The position numbers and the translations under genes were made by a program. Positions 1 to 8,996 of a stretch of DNA of 64,000 bases are shown piece by piece; within the stretch, counting starts at the first letter, position 1; the number at the start of each line of letters is the position of its first letter. Where the stretch lies: positions 250,318-314,317 of the forward strand of contig CAYUYE010000002.1 of NCBI GenBank assembly GCA_964449255.1. The letters run 5' to 3'. This DNA comes from an uncultured Nitrospira sp. GTDB lineage: Bacteria; Nitrospirota; Nitrospiria; Nitrospirales; Nitrospiraceae. Under the pieces are notes generated by a model. That model did no database searches. It had not been told where the DNA came from and saw only the letters and a program-made list of their open reading frames with translations.

Positions 1-947
1 ACTGCGACATGGCCGTGGCGAATAGTGTGATCGCGCTGCAGGCCGGCGTGAAGCAAGTCCAGGGCACGATCAACGGCATCGGTGAACGCTGCGGTAATGC
101 GAACCTCTGTTCGATCCTGCCCAATCTGCAACTGAAAATGGGCACGCGGGCATTGGGGACGCGACTCAAACGCCTCCGGGAGGTCTCGCACTTCGTCGCC
201 GAGATCGCCAATCTGGTGCCGGATAAACATCAGCCCTATGTCGGGGATTCCGCCTTCGCGCATAAAGGCGGTGTGCATATTCACGCCGTGCAGAAGAACC
301 CCGCAACCTATGAACATGTGCGTCCCGAACTGGTTGGAAACCGGCAGCGTTTTTTGGTGTCGGATGCCGCGGGACGGAGTGCGTTGCTCGCGAAGGTGGA
401 GGCCTTTGGATTTGCGCTCAGTAAGGATCATAAGGCCGTCCAGGACTTGATGGCGCAGCTGAAACAGCGCGAGAACGAAGGGTATCAGTACGAAGGCGCG
501 GAGGGGTCGTTCGAACTTCTGGTGCGGAAAGCCCTTGGCAGCCATACGCCGTCGTTCCAGTTGCTGGGGTTCCGCACGATCGTGGAGAAGGGGGAGTCCG
601 ACCTGGAGTCGCGGGCCGAGGCCACCGTGATGGTCAAGGTGGGCGACGATATCGAGCATACGGCCGCCGTCGGCAAAGGGCCCGTCAATGCGCTGGATCA
701 TGCGTTGCGTAAGGCCTTGGAGAAGTTCTATCCGGAGCTACGGGAGGTGCGGCTGCTGGACTATAAGGTCCGCGTACTCGCAGCCAGTCACGGAACGGAG
801 GCGAAAGTACGGGTGTTGATCGAGTCCGGCGATCAGAAGGACAAATGGGGGACCGTTGGGGTGTCGGCGAACATCATGGAGGCCAGCTGGCAGGCCTTGG
901 CGGATGGGATTGAGTACAAGCTCCTCAAACGGGACCGACGGCACTAG
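1..947 (+). CDS. cimA: citramalate synthase / 2-isopropylmalate synthase family protein, C-terminal ~315 aa (5' end outside window)
   Basis: The reading frame is open to the window edge. A GTINGIGERCGNANL motif typical of the end of the HMGL-like barrel is followed by a LeuA-type C-terminal regulatory domain. Choosing CimA over LeuA is from recollection only. Confidence 0.7.
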   Translation, partial: CDMAVANSVIALQAGVKQVQGTINGIGERCGNANLCSILPNLQLKMGTRALGTRLKRLREVSHFVAEIANLVPDKHQPYVGDSAFAHKGGVHIHAVQKNPATYEHVRPELVGNRQRFLVSDAAGRSALLAKVEAFGFALSKDHKAVQDLMAQLKQRENEGYQYEGAEGSFELLVRKALGSHTPSFQLLGFRTIVEKGESDLESRAEATVMVKVGDDIEHTAAVGKGPVNALDHALRKALEKFYPELREVRLLDYKVRVLAASHGTEAKVRVLIESGDQKDKWGTVGVSANIMEASWQALADGIEYKLLKRDRRH

Positions 948-980
948 GCTGATTTCTTCATGGACCATGGCAGTCGTCAC

Positions 981-1009
981 TTGACAGACATGATAACCTC
1001 GCGTAACTT
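981..1009 (+). promoter_or_regulatory. candidate sigma-70 promoter upstream of ihfA (TTGACA-N17-TAACTT)
   Basis: A perfect -35 hexamer TTGACA at 981-986 is followed by a 17-nt spacer and a weak -10 TAACTT at 1004-1009, about 78 nt upstream of the ihfA ATG. Confidence 0.3.
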
Positions 1010-1086
1010 ATGTGAAAATTTGGCCTCCTGTGTTGTAAGAGGCTGTTGGGTCAGGTGATCAGCGACGTGTCTGTCGAGGGGGACGC

Positions 1087-1362
1087 ATGAGAAAGTCGGA
1101 CATCGCCAACGAAATCTTCAAACAGGTGGGTATTTCAAAGAATGAGGCCGCGGATATCGTTGAACTAATTCTGAACATGTTGAAATCAGTGTTGAATAAG
1201 GGAGAATCGGTCAAAATCGCCGGATTCGGCAACTTCATCGTGCGGAGCAAGGGGCCGCGGAAGGGACGTAATCCCAGGACTGGCGAGGAGATCGGGATCA
1301 CGCCTCGACGGGTGGTGACCTTCCGGCCAAGCCAGGTGTTTAAGAAATACGTCAACTCATAA
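1087..1362 (+). CDS. ihfA: integration host factor alpha subunit (HU/IHF family)
   Basis: This 91-aa protein has GFGNFxVRxKxxRxGRNPRTGEEIxIxxRRVVTFRPSQ, very close to E. coli IHF-alpha as I remember it. Confidence 0.85.
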   Translation: MRKSDIANEIFKQVGISKNEAADIVELILNMLKSVLNKGESVKIAGFGNFIVRSKGPRKGRNPRTGEEIGITPRRVVTFRPSQVFKKYVNS

Positions 1363-1766
1363 TGGAATTGAGGACTTCCACATCGTCCGGTCGAAGCGTC
1401 GCCTCCACGGCGATCCCCGTGCTGGGGAGCAAGGTGTTCTACAAGATCGGCGAAGTGAGTGTGATGACCAAGCTGCCGGCCTATGTGCTGCGCTTTTGGG
1501 AATCGGAGTTCCCCTTCCTGAAGCCAAAGAAGAGTCGCGGGAATCAGCGCTTATATGTGCAGCGGGATATCGAGACGGTCTTGGAAATTCGGCGCATGTT
1601 GTACGACGAGGGCCATACGCTCGCGGGGGTAAAACGCTTTTGGGCGCGGCGTGGCCGGCATGCCCAGGGCAAGAAATCTCCGCGGGAGATCGCCACCCGC
1701 CTGCGTGGCGATCTGCAGGCCATTCTACGACTCTTGGAGGTCCATTCCCGTACCGAGGTATCGTGA
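1362..1766 (+). CDS. MerR-family transcriptional regulator
   Basis: The ATG overlaps the ihfA stop (TAATG). The N-terminal HTH is YKIGEVSVMTKLPAYVLRFWESEFPFLKPKKSRGNQRLY. The ihfA-merR pairing is a common arrangement. Confidence 0.75.
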   Translation: MELRTSTSSGRSVASTAIPVLGSKVFYKIGEVSVMTKLPAYVLRFWESEFPFLKPKKSRGNQRLYVQRDIETVLEIRRMLYDEGHTLAGVKRFWARRGRHAQGKKSPREIATRLRGDLQAILRLLEVHSRTEVS

Positions 1767-1831
1767 CTCAATCTCGCGACCTGCTCCGGAGACGGTCGTA
1801 TCGATTGCCCCTGTGACAGATTCGCTTGGGT

Positions 1832-1908
1832 CGGGGCGTGGCGCAGCCCGGTAGCGCACTCGCTTGGGGTGCGAGGGGTCGTGGGTTCAAATCCCGCCGC
1901 CCCGACCA
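1832..1908 (+). tRNA. tRNA-Pro (anticodon GGG)
   Basis: A manual cloverleaf fits: acceptor CGGGGCG/CGCCCCG, D arm GCGC-AGCCCGGTA-GCGC, anticodon stem CTCGC/GCGAG with loop TTGGGGT (GGG plus G37), T arm GTGGG-TTCAAAT-CCCGC, and an encoded CCA. Confidence 0.9.
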
Positions 1909-2006
1909 ATTTTGTTGTGTCGTTTCTCGCTTGGTTGGAGTGGCTGCGGTCGTGGCCGCGGGATCCGGCCAAGCAGCGGCGAGCAGAGCGTGGGAGAGGA
2001 TGAAAG

Positions 2007-2028
2007 GCTGCCTCCGGCAGCTTTTTTT
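2007..2028 (+). terminator. rho-independent terminator after tRNA-Pro
   Basis: A GCTGCC / GGCAGC stem is followed by a run of seven T. Confidence 0.65.
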
Positions 2029-2030
2029 GT

Positions 2031-2834
2031 GTGTCCGCGTTGTCTCGCACGATTCTTGTCACCAACGACGACGGTATTACTTCTCCGGGCATTGAGGCGC
2101 TCGCCCGTGCCGCCTCGCGCCTGGGGACGGTCTGGGTCGTCGCGCCGGACCGTGAGCGGACCGCGGTGGGCCACGCATTGACCTTGCACAAACCGCTGCG
2201 ATTGACGCGGGTGCGCCCGCGGTGGTTTGCCGTGAACGGCACGCCGACGGACTGCGTCAACCTGGCCGTGAAACATGTGCTGAAGCGGCCGCCCGCGCTG
2301 TTGCTCTCCGGGGTGAATCGCGGTGTCAATCTCGGCGATGACGTGACCTATTCCGGCACCGTGTCGGCGGCCCTCGAAGGGACGATTCTCGGCATTCCAT
2401 CCGTGGCCGTCTCGCAAGAGGGGTGGGAGGAGTTTCGATTTGCCGTCGCCGCCGGCTATGCCGTGGTCGTCGGTCGGGCGGCGCTCCAGCACCGGCTGCC
2501 GGAGGAAACTCTGTTGAACGTCAATGTGCCTAATCGCCCCAAGACCTCGATCCGAGGCGTGCGTGTCACGCGCCTCAGCCGCCGCCGCTTCGACAATCCG
2601 ATCGTCGAGAAAATCGATCCCCATGGACGGCACTACTATTGGATTGCCGGCACGCGGATCACCTGGCGCCGCCAGGCCGATTCCGACTATGCCGCTGTGC
2701 GGGCCGGCTATGTGTCGGTGACCCCGTTGCATCTGGACATGACTCATGATGACGCGCTCGGGACGCTCCGAGGCTGGGAGCTGTTTCGCCCGGCGGGTGT
2801 GAGAACCACTCCATCGAGGGCTAGGCGGCGATGA
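2031..2834 (+). CDS. surE: 5'/3'-nucleotidase SurE
   Basis: It has a GTG start and the N-terminal [14 protein letters not shown] signature of SurE, at 267 aa. Confidence 0.9.
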   Translation: MSALSRTILVTNDDGITSPGIEALARAASRLGTVWVVAPDRERTAVGHALTLHKPLRLTRVRPRWFAVNGTPTDCVNLAVKHVLKRPPALLLSGVNRGVNLGDDVTYSGTVSAALEGTILGIPSVAVSQEGWEEFRFAVAAGYAVVVGRAALQHRLPEETLLNVNVPNRPKTSIRGVRVTRLSRRRFDNPIVEKIDPHGRHYYWIAGTRITWRRQADSDYAAVRAGYVSVTPLHLDMTHDDALGTLRGWELFRPAGVRTTPSRARRR

Positions 2835-3475
2835 TCAGTCAGCTCATTGAAACGATCGTCGAGATGCTCAGCCGGTTTGTCATTGCGACGATTTCCGCAA
2901 TGGGATACGCAGGGATCGTCGTCACCATGGCGATCGAAAGCGCCTGCATCCCCCTGCCCAGTGAAATCATCATGCCCTTTTCCGGCTATCTGGTGCTCAC
3001 CGGCCAGTTTTCGCTTTTGGGGGTGACGCTGGCCGGGACGATCGGCAACGTCCTGGGTTCCATTGTCGCCTACGTGGCCGGGGTCTACGGCGGGCGACCC
3101 TTTGTCGAGCGGTATGGGCCGTATATGCTGATCCGCCAGCAGGATCTCGATCAGGCCGATCGTTGGTTTGCCAAGTATGGCGAGGCAGCGGTGTTGATCA
3201 GCCGCATGTTGCCGGTCATCCGGACCTTCATCTCGCTGCCCGCGGGCATTGCCCGGATGCCGTTTTGGCGGTTTGTCGTGTTCACCTTCATCGGCGCCTT
3301 TCCATGGTGCTTCCTCCTCGCCTATATTGGCCTCGTCATGGGAGAGCATTGGGCGGATCTGCGGCAATACTTTCATCAGATCGACGTGGTGATCGGGGCC
3401 GTCTTGTTCCTCGGCGTCGCCTATTTTCTCCGCACACATTGGCCCAAGCGGGCTCCACGCAACGTCTCGCCGTAA
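2831..3475 (+). CDS. DedA-family inner-membrane protein
   Basis: There is a 4-nt overlap with surE. The protein is multi-pass hydrophobic with DedA/SNARE-associated motifs (ESACIPLPSE, GRPFVERYG, RMLPVIRTFISLPAG). Confidence 0.8.
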   Translation: MISQLIETIVEMLSRFVIATISAMGYAGIVVTMAIESACIPLPSEIIMPFSGYLVLTGQFSLLGVTLAGTIGNVLGSIVAYVAGVYGGRPFVERYGPYMLIRQQDLDQADRWFAKYGEAAVLISRMLPVIRTFISLPAGIARMPFWRFVVFTFIGAFPWCFLLAYIGLVMGEHWADLRQYFHQIDVVIGAVLFLGVAYFLRTHWPKRAPRNVSP

Positions 3476-3476
3476 C

Positions 3477-4937
3477 ATGGTGAAGCTCTACAATACCCTC
3501 TCTGGTCAGAAAGAGGCGCTTGAACCGTTGACGCCGGGACGGGTGCGGATGTACGTCTGCGGCGTGACGGTCTATGACTATTGCCACCTTGGTCATGCCC
3601 GCAGCGCCCTCGTCTTCGACGTCCTGCGCCGCTATCTGGAGTATCGCGGCCTGGCCGTCGACTTTGTGAAGAACTTCACCGATGTCGACGACAAGATCAT
3701 CAAGCGGGCCAATGAACAGGGCATGACGTGCGACGCCGTGACCTCGAGATTCATTCAGGCCTACCACGAGGACATGGGCCGGTTGGGCGTCCGCCGTGCG
3801 ACGATCGAACCCAAGGCCACCGAACATATGGCGGACATCGTCACGCTCGTCGGAGAATTGATGGCCAAAGGTCTGGCCTATGCGATCGACGGCGATGTGT
3901 ATTTCGACGTGGCACGTTATCCGGCGTACGGGCGCCTCTCCAAGCGCAAGCTCGAGGACCTGCAGGCGGGTGCACGGGTGGAAGTGGACGAGCGCAAACG
4001 CAACCCCATGGACTTTGCCTTGTGGAAAGCGTCGAAACCTGGCGAACCGGCTTGGGACAGCCCGTGGGGGCCTGGGCGGCCGGGGTGGCACATCGAGTGC
4101 TCCGCTATGTCGATGCGGCATCTGGGCGAGACGTTCGATCTTCACGGCGGGGGGATGGATTTGATCTTCCCGCATCATGAAAACGAAATCGCGCAATCCT
4201 GCGGCGCCACCGGGAAAGAGTTCGCCCGGCACTGGGTGCACAATGGGTTCGTGCAGATCAACCAAGAGAAAATGTCGAAGTCGCTCGGGAATTTTTTCAC
4301 GATCCGGGAGATCTTCGAGAAGCTCGGGGCGGAAGAGGGCTGGCATGAGGCCACGACCGGAGAGGTGCTGCGCTATTTCCTGCTCGCCACCCATTATCGC
4401 AGCCCGCTCGAATTCTCGGACCAGAGCCTGCGCGAAGCGAAAAACGCTCTGAACGGGTTCTACGATCTGTTCACGCGGCTCAAGGAGCCCGGGCCCGCCA
4501 GGGGCCCTGCCGACGACCGGATCGGCACGGTGGTGTCGCAGACCCGCGCCGCGTTTCAGCAGGCCATGGACGACGACCTCAATACACCGGTTGCCATCGC
4601 CGCGTTACAACAGTGGCGGACTGAGGTCAACAAGCTGCTCGATCAAGGGCTGTCAGCGGAAGGCCGTCGACATGCTCGCGAGGAGTTTCGGAATTTGGGG
4701 GCGGTCGTGGGGCTCTTTCAAACGGATGCCTGGCAGTTCCACACGAAGCTCGCCGGGACCGCGCCAACCGTCTCTCGTGGTCCCTCGGATGAACAGATCG
4801 ATCAACTAATCGTCGAGCGCAACGAGGCGCGCAAACACAAGCATTTCAAGCGGGCGGATGAGATCCGCACGCAACTCGCCGACGCCGGCATCACGCTCGA
4901 AGACAAACCCGATGGCACGACCCGCTGGAAACGCTGA
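3477..4937 (+). CDS. cysS: cysteine--tRNA ligase
   Basis: It carries the class I HIGH-type motif (CHLGHARS), a KMSKS motif, and CGVTVYD at the N-terminus, at 486 aa. Confidence 0.95.
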   Translation: MVKLYNTLSGQKEALEPLTPGRVRMYVCGVTVYDYCHLGHARSALVFDVLRRYLEYRGLAVDFVKNFTDVDDKIIKRANEQGMTCDAVTSRFIQAYHEDMGRLGVRRATIEPKATEHMADIVTLVGELMAKGLAYAIDGDVYFDVARYPAYGRLSKRKLEDLQAGARVEVDERKRNPMDFALWKASKPGEPAWDSPWGPGRPGWHIECSAMSMRHLGETFDLHGGGMDLIFPHHENEIAQSCGATGKEFARHWVHNGFVQINQEKMSKSLGNFFTIREIFEKLGAEEGWHEATTGEVLRYFLLATHYRSPLEFSDQSLREAKNALNGFYDLFTRLKEPGPARGPADDRIGTVVSQTRAAFQQAMDDDLNTPVAIAALQQWRTEVNKLLDQGLSAEGRRHAREEFRNLGAVVGLFQTDAWQFHTKLAGTAPTVSRGPSDEQIDQLIVERNEARKHKHFKRADEIRTQLADAGITLEDKPDGTTRWKR

Positions 4938-5688
4938 GCCCGCCGACGCGCTGTACGGCGTCCACGCCGTCACGGAGGCGCTGGAGGCCGGCCGCCCGTT
5001 GATGCGGGTGCTCGTCCTGCACACACACGGTCAGTTGGAGGAGATCGTCCGGCTCGCGAGGGGCCGCGGGATTCCGGTCCATATCGAGCCGAAGGTCATG
5101 CTGGATCGTATGGCGCCCGGTGTGCGCCACCAGGGCGTGGTCGCGGTGGCGGCGGCGCGCCGGTATGCGTCGGTCGAGGACATGTTGAATCTAGGGAAAC
5201 GGAAAGGGGAGCCCGCCTTTCTCCTCGTGCTCGACGGCGTGCAAGATCCCCAGAATTTTGGCGCCATCCTGAGGAGCGCGGAAGCCGCCGGAGTGCACGG
5301 GGTGATCATTCCTGAACGGCGGGCGGTCGGGCTCACGGCCGCCGTGGCCAAGGGTTCAGCCGGCGCGATCGAACACGTGCGCGTCGCCCAGGTCACGAAT
5401 CTATCGAATCTACTGCAGGAGCTGAAGGAGGCGGGGGTCTGGATCTACGGGCTCGATATGCAGGCCGACAAGGCCTACAGCGACGTCGACTATACCGGGC
5501 CGGTGGCGTTCGTGCTTGGCGGAGAGGGCCAGGGTGTTCGCCCTGGGGTGTTGGCGGCCTGCGACGGGCGGGTACGGATTCCGATGGCCGGGAGAGTCCG
5601 GTCGTTGAATGCGTCCGCGGCGGCGTCGGTCGCGTTATTCGAGGTGGTTCGACAACGCGATCGACGACCCTTAAGGCCAACGAACTAA
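4912..5688 (+). CDS. rlmB: 23S rRNA (guanosine-2'-O)-methyltransferase RlmB (SpoU/TrmH family)
   Basis: SpoU substrate-binding and methylase motifs are present (LYGVHAVTEAL, DGVQDPQNFGAILRSA, RIPMAGRVRSLNASAAA). The start is uncertain: ATG 4912 is chosen, and ATG 4858 is the alternative. Confidence 0.85.
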   Translation: MARPAGNAEPADALYGVHAVTEALEAGRPLMRVLVLHTHGQLEEIVRLARGRGIPVHIEPKVMLDRMAPGVRHQGVVAVAAARRYASVEDMLNLGKRKGEPAFLLVLDGVQDPQNFGAILRSAEAAGVHGVIIPERRAVGLTAAVAKGSAGAIEHVRVAQVTNLSNLLQELKEAGVWIYGLDMQADKAYSDVDYTGPVAFVLGGEGQGVRPGVLAACDGRVRIPMAGRVRSLNASAAASVALFEVVRQRDRRPLRPTN

Positions 5689-5957
5689 CGAACCCGAATC
5701 ATGCCGCCTTGAATGGCGGCCTTCAAGAGCTGTGCGGTATTCGACACGCGAATCTTCTTCATCATGTTGGCGCGATGCGCCTCGACGGTCTTGACGCTGA
5801 TCTTCAACCGCTGTGCGATCTCCTTGTTCTTGAATCCCGACCAGATCAATTGAAGAATCTCGGTTTCACGGCTGGTCAAAGACTCCGGGCGTTTTTTGCG
5901 CGGCGGGAGCGTGATGGTGCCGGTGATCTTCTTAGCTCGCGCAGTGGTTTTGGCCAT
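5685..5957 (-). CDS. stand-alone LuxR/GerE-type HTH transcriptional regulator (90 aa)
   Basis: It has a GerE HTH (LTSRETEILQLIWSGFKNKEIAQRLKISVKTVEAHRANMMKKI) and no receiver or ligand domain. It is divergent from the prepilin peptidase gene. Confidence 0.8.
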   Translation of the reverse strand: MAKTTARAKKITGTITLPPRKKRPESLTSRETEILQLIWSGFKNKEIAQRLKISVKTVEAHRANMMKKIRVSNTAQLLKAAIQGGMIRVR

Positions 5958-6127
5958 AGTTAAGGCTCCTTACGCATGGCATAGTGAGTATTCTATCTGT
6001 CGTGTAACTGATGACAGGCGCAAAGTATTTCAGATTCTCTGATTTGTGTGCAATGGCTTATCTATCCTACTATGCCTAGGACGGTTTTCCCTGGACGGAA
6101 TTGCCCTTACCAGCTATATCGTAGAGA

Positions 6128-6910
6128 ATGAGCTTTCCGACCATCCTTATAGTGGTTTTTCTGTTCGGGGCCTTGGTTGGGAGCTTCCTGAACGTCTGTA
6201 TCTATCGGCTTCCCCGCAAGGAATCGATCGTCTGGCCAGCCTCCCACTGCCCCACCTGCCGACGCCCTATTGCTCCCTACGACAACGTCCCCATTCTCGG
6301 CTATGCGATGTTGGGGGGACGCTGCCGGAGCTGTAAGGTCCCCATCTCGTTGCAATATCCCCTGGTTGAGTTGACCAATGCGCTCGGCTGGGTCGCCATC
6401 GTCTGGCATTTCGGGTGGGGATGGCCGGCCGCAGCCTATGCCGTGCTCTTCTCGGCGCTGGTCGTCGTCACGGGAACCGACCTGTCCCATACCATGATTC
6501 CAGACGGCGTCACCCTGCCCGGGATCGTCCTTGGTCTGGTGGCAGGCGCAACGGTGTTGCCCCTGGGCATTCAGAACAGCCTGCTCGGGGTGCTGGTGGG
6601 CGGCGGATTGCTCTGGGGCCTGGCGGTGATCAGCCCCTATGTGTTTGGCAAAGAGGGCATGGGAGGCGGGGATATCAAACTGCTCGGCATGGTTGGCGCC
6701 TTCCTTGGCTGGCGCCCGGCCCTCTTGACCATCATGATCGGGGCCCTACTTGGCTCCGTCGTTGGCCTGAGCCTCATTGGGTTGAAAGTCATCAAACGGG
6801 ATGAATACATTCCGTTCGGCCCCTTTCTCGCCTTCGGGGCGCTCCTCGCGTTGTTCTTCCATGAGTCGTTGTTGAATTGGTATTGGACCTTGCTCCAGCC
6901 CGCACCTTAA
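6128..6910 (+). CDS. pilD: type IV prepilin peptidase / N-methyltransferase (A24 family)
   Basis: It has a Cys-pair zinc motif (HCPTCRRPI, GGRCRSCK) and the GMGGGDIKL catalytic Asp region, and is polytopic. Confidence 0.9.
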   Translation: MSFPTILIVVFLFGALVGSFLNVCIYRLPRKESIVWPASHCPTCRRPIAPYDNVPILGYAMLGGRCRSCKVPISLQYPLVELTNALGWVAIVWHFGWGWPAAAYAVLFSALVVVTGTDLSHTMIPDGVTLPGIVLGLVAGATVLPLGIQNSLLGVLVGGGLLWGLAVISPYVFGKEGMGGGDIKLLGMVGAFLGWRPALLTIMIGALLGSVVGLSLIGLKVIKRDEYIPFGPFLAFGALLALFFHESLLNWYWTLLQPAP

Positions 6911-7224
6911 GCGGGTCCCTCCTACGAAGGTAGCCGGTCCCCTCCGTATCTGATCGTCTGCTCACTGTATCTCTTTCGTTCCACGTTCATCGCCTCGAGA
7001 CAAACGCTCTCGACGAACCCCACTCACGGGCGCGTCGCCGCCACACGTTCCTCCAACGGGAAAACTCATTCAATCCCCAGTGATTTCCTCGATCGCGAGG
7101 GCGTGCGGGGGAGTGGGTTTCTCTGGTCCGCCACCTCTCTTTCACTGCGGCATGGAAATTGGAATCTCAGCGAAGACGCACGGAGAGCCACTTAGCCGTC
7201 AGAAATGGAAAGGGGAAGCGTCGC

Positions 7225-7665
7225 ATGAAGAACCGAGAGCGAGGGCATAGTTTGATCGAGCTGATGGTCACGCTCGCGATGGTGGCCATCCTGTCGGCGC
7301 TGGCGGTGCCGCAATTCGCCGTGGCTGCGGCGCGGTATCGTGAGCGGGCTGTGGTGTCGGAGGTGGCTTCCGAGCTTCGGCAAGCCCGTCTCCTGGCCTT
7401 GAGTAAGCGGCAGCGCGTCGAGGTGCGGCTCGCCGATGATCGGCAAGCGATCGACCTGGTGTTGAACGACGACGCGCAGACCCGGTTGCGCCGGTACGAT
7501 TTTCATGGCCGGGGCGTCGCACTGCTGTCGTGGCCCGAAGAACGAACACTCTGGTTTCATCCCACTGGTCGTTCGGCCAGCGCCGCCACCATTCTGCTTG
7601 GCAGCCACGGGGCGAATCCCCGTCGGATCACCGTCTCGCTCACGGGGCGGGTGGCGGTGTCATGA
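7225..7665 (+). CDS. GspH/FimT-family minor (pseudo)pilin, set 1
   Basis: The prepilin leader is MKNRERG|HSLIELMVTLAMVAIL (G-1, E+5, unusual H+1), followed by the AARYRERAVVSEVASELRQARLLAL helix typical of GspH/FimT. The start was moved from 7159 to the ATG at 7225. Confidence 0.7.
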   Translation: MKNRERGHSLIELMVTLAMVAILSALAVPQFAVAAARYRERAVVSEVASELRQARLLALSKRQRVEVRLADDRQAIDLVLNDDAQTRLRRYDFHGRGVALLSWPEERTLWFHPTGRSASAATILLGSHGANPRRITVSLTGRVAVS

Positions 7666-8183
7666 ACCACGCAAACTTGGACATGCGACACCACATGATC
7701 GGCCCAAGGCGCGATGACCGAGGGATGACCCTCGTAGAGGTCATGGTGGCGATGGTCATTGCCACTATCGGTTTGGCGGGGGCCATCGGCATGTTCGAGT
7801 GGGCCGAGCGTGGACTGCGCGCCGGAGCGACGGGCACACGCGCACTGGCGCTGGTCGAGTCGAGGTTGGAGTCGAAACGCGTCGTCCCATGGGAACGGCT
7901 GCTCGTCGACTCGGCTGTGAGCGGCGAACGAATGGAGACCCGCATGCACGACGATGGGGAGGTGCCGGATGTGGTGGCGGGGGACGGGATCTATTCGTCG
8001 GGCACGGAAGTGGATGGAATCCAGGTGACGTGGACAGTTCAACCGAATCGCACGGGGCGCTTGCTTGACAGCGGATATGTGCAGATCGAGGCGACAGCCA
8101 CGTACCCCGCCTGGGCTGGGAAGAACCGTACGATCACGCTGAGGACGGGGCGGGGCAACCCTCGCTTTGTAGGCGCGTCCTAA
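7662..8183 (+). CDS. PilV/GspI-like minor (pseudo)pilin, set 1
   Basis: The start overlaps the previous stop (ATGA). The leader is ...DDRG|MTLVEVMVAMVIATIGLAG (M+1, E+5). Confidence 0.65.
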   Translation: MNHANLDMRHHMIGPRRDDRGMTLVEVMVAMVIATIGLAGAIGMFEWAERGLRAGATGTRALALVESRLESKRVVPWERLLVDSAVSGERMETRMHDDGEVPDVVAGDGIYSSGTEVDGIQVTWTVQPNRTGRLLDSGYVQIEATATYPAWAGKNRTITLRTGRGNPRFVGAS

Positions 8184-8195
8184 GGAGTCATTTCT

Positions 8196-8960
8196 ATGCC
8201 ATTCTCGATGCCATTCGCGGGTTCACAGTTTCTACATCCGTTGCGAAACACCGCCGGGGTCGGGCTGACGGAACTGATGACGGCGCTAACCATCGGCCTC
8301 GTGGTGGTGTCGCTGTCGCTTGACACGCTCACGCACTTGGAGACGCGATTCCGACGGCAACACCGGCAGATGGCCGTGGCGCAAGATGCGCGACTTGGAC
8401 TGGAAGTGTTCGAGCAGGATATCCGTGCCGCCGTTGGATTGTCCGTCGACGGACGGCGCGCGCTGTTGCGGGCAGAGCCACGCCTACTTGAGTTGCGCGC
8501 CAACATGAATGGCTACGAAACGATACTCGTCGCGGCGGCATTGGTCGGCCAGACGGAACTCGCCGTGTCAGATGGCAGTCAGTGGCCAGCCGGCAAGGAA
8601 GTCCGCATTTGTCACCGCCTGCAGTGCGTCGACAATCGGCTCGTCCGTGCCGGGCAACGGAGCACAATCTCCCTCGCACAGCCGCTCGGCGAGTCATTCT
8701 CGCCTGGCGCGCACGTCTTCGTCGTCAATCACGTTCGTTACTCCGTCACGAATGATGACGGTGACCACCTGAAGTTGATGCGGCAGGTGGATGGAGGAAC
8801 CGCGACGCTCATCGACGACCTCGGCTGCCTCGGATTTGCCTATTGGACCGCGCTCGGCGAACCCACCAGTGAGATGAGCCAGGTCCGCGGACTTCGCCTC
8901 GAGCTATGTCTCGGCCATGATCGGCGTCGGATTACCAAGGATATCGCCATTCAGCTGTAG
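8196..8960 (+). CDS. PilW/GspJ-like minor (pseudo)pilin, set 1
   Basis: An AAGGAG RBS precedes the ATG. The leader is ...NTAG|VGLTELMTALTIGLVVV (E+5), followed by a DARLGLEVFEQDIRAA segment as in PilW/GspJ. Confidence 0.6.
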   Translation: MPFSMPFAGSQFLHPLRNTAGVGLTELMTALTIGLVVVSLSLDTLTHLETRFRRQHRQMAVAQDARLGLEVFEQDIRAAVGLSVDGRRALLRAEPRLLELRANMNGYETILVAAALVGQTELAVSDGSQWPAGKEVRICHRLQCVDNRLVRAGQRSTISLAQPLGESFSPGAHVFVVNHVRYSVTNDDGDHLKLMRQVDGGTATLIDDLGCLGFAYWTALGEPTSEMSQVRGLRLELCLGHDRRRITKDIAIQL

Positions 8961-8996
8961 CTCATATTTCACCCTGATTACCACAAGGAGAGACCC

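Noticed and set aside
7148-7164. A sigma-54-like element cGGCAT-N5-TTGGA upstream of the first pilin set.
   Set aside because: - The -12 GC dinucleotide is replaced by GG, so the match is too weak to call.
- I keep it only as a possibility.
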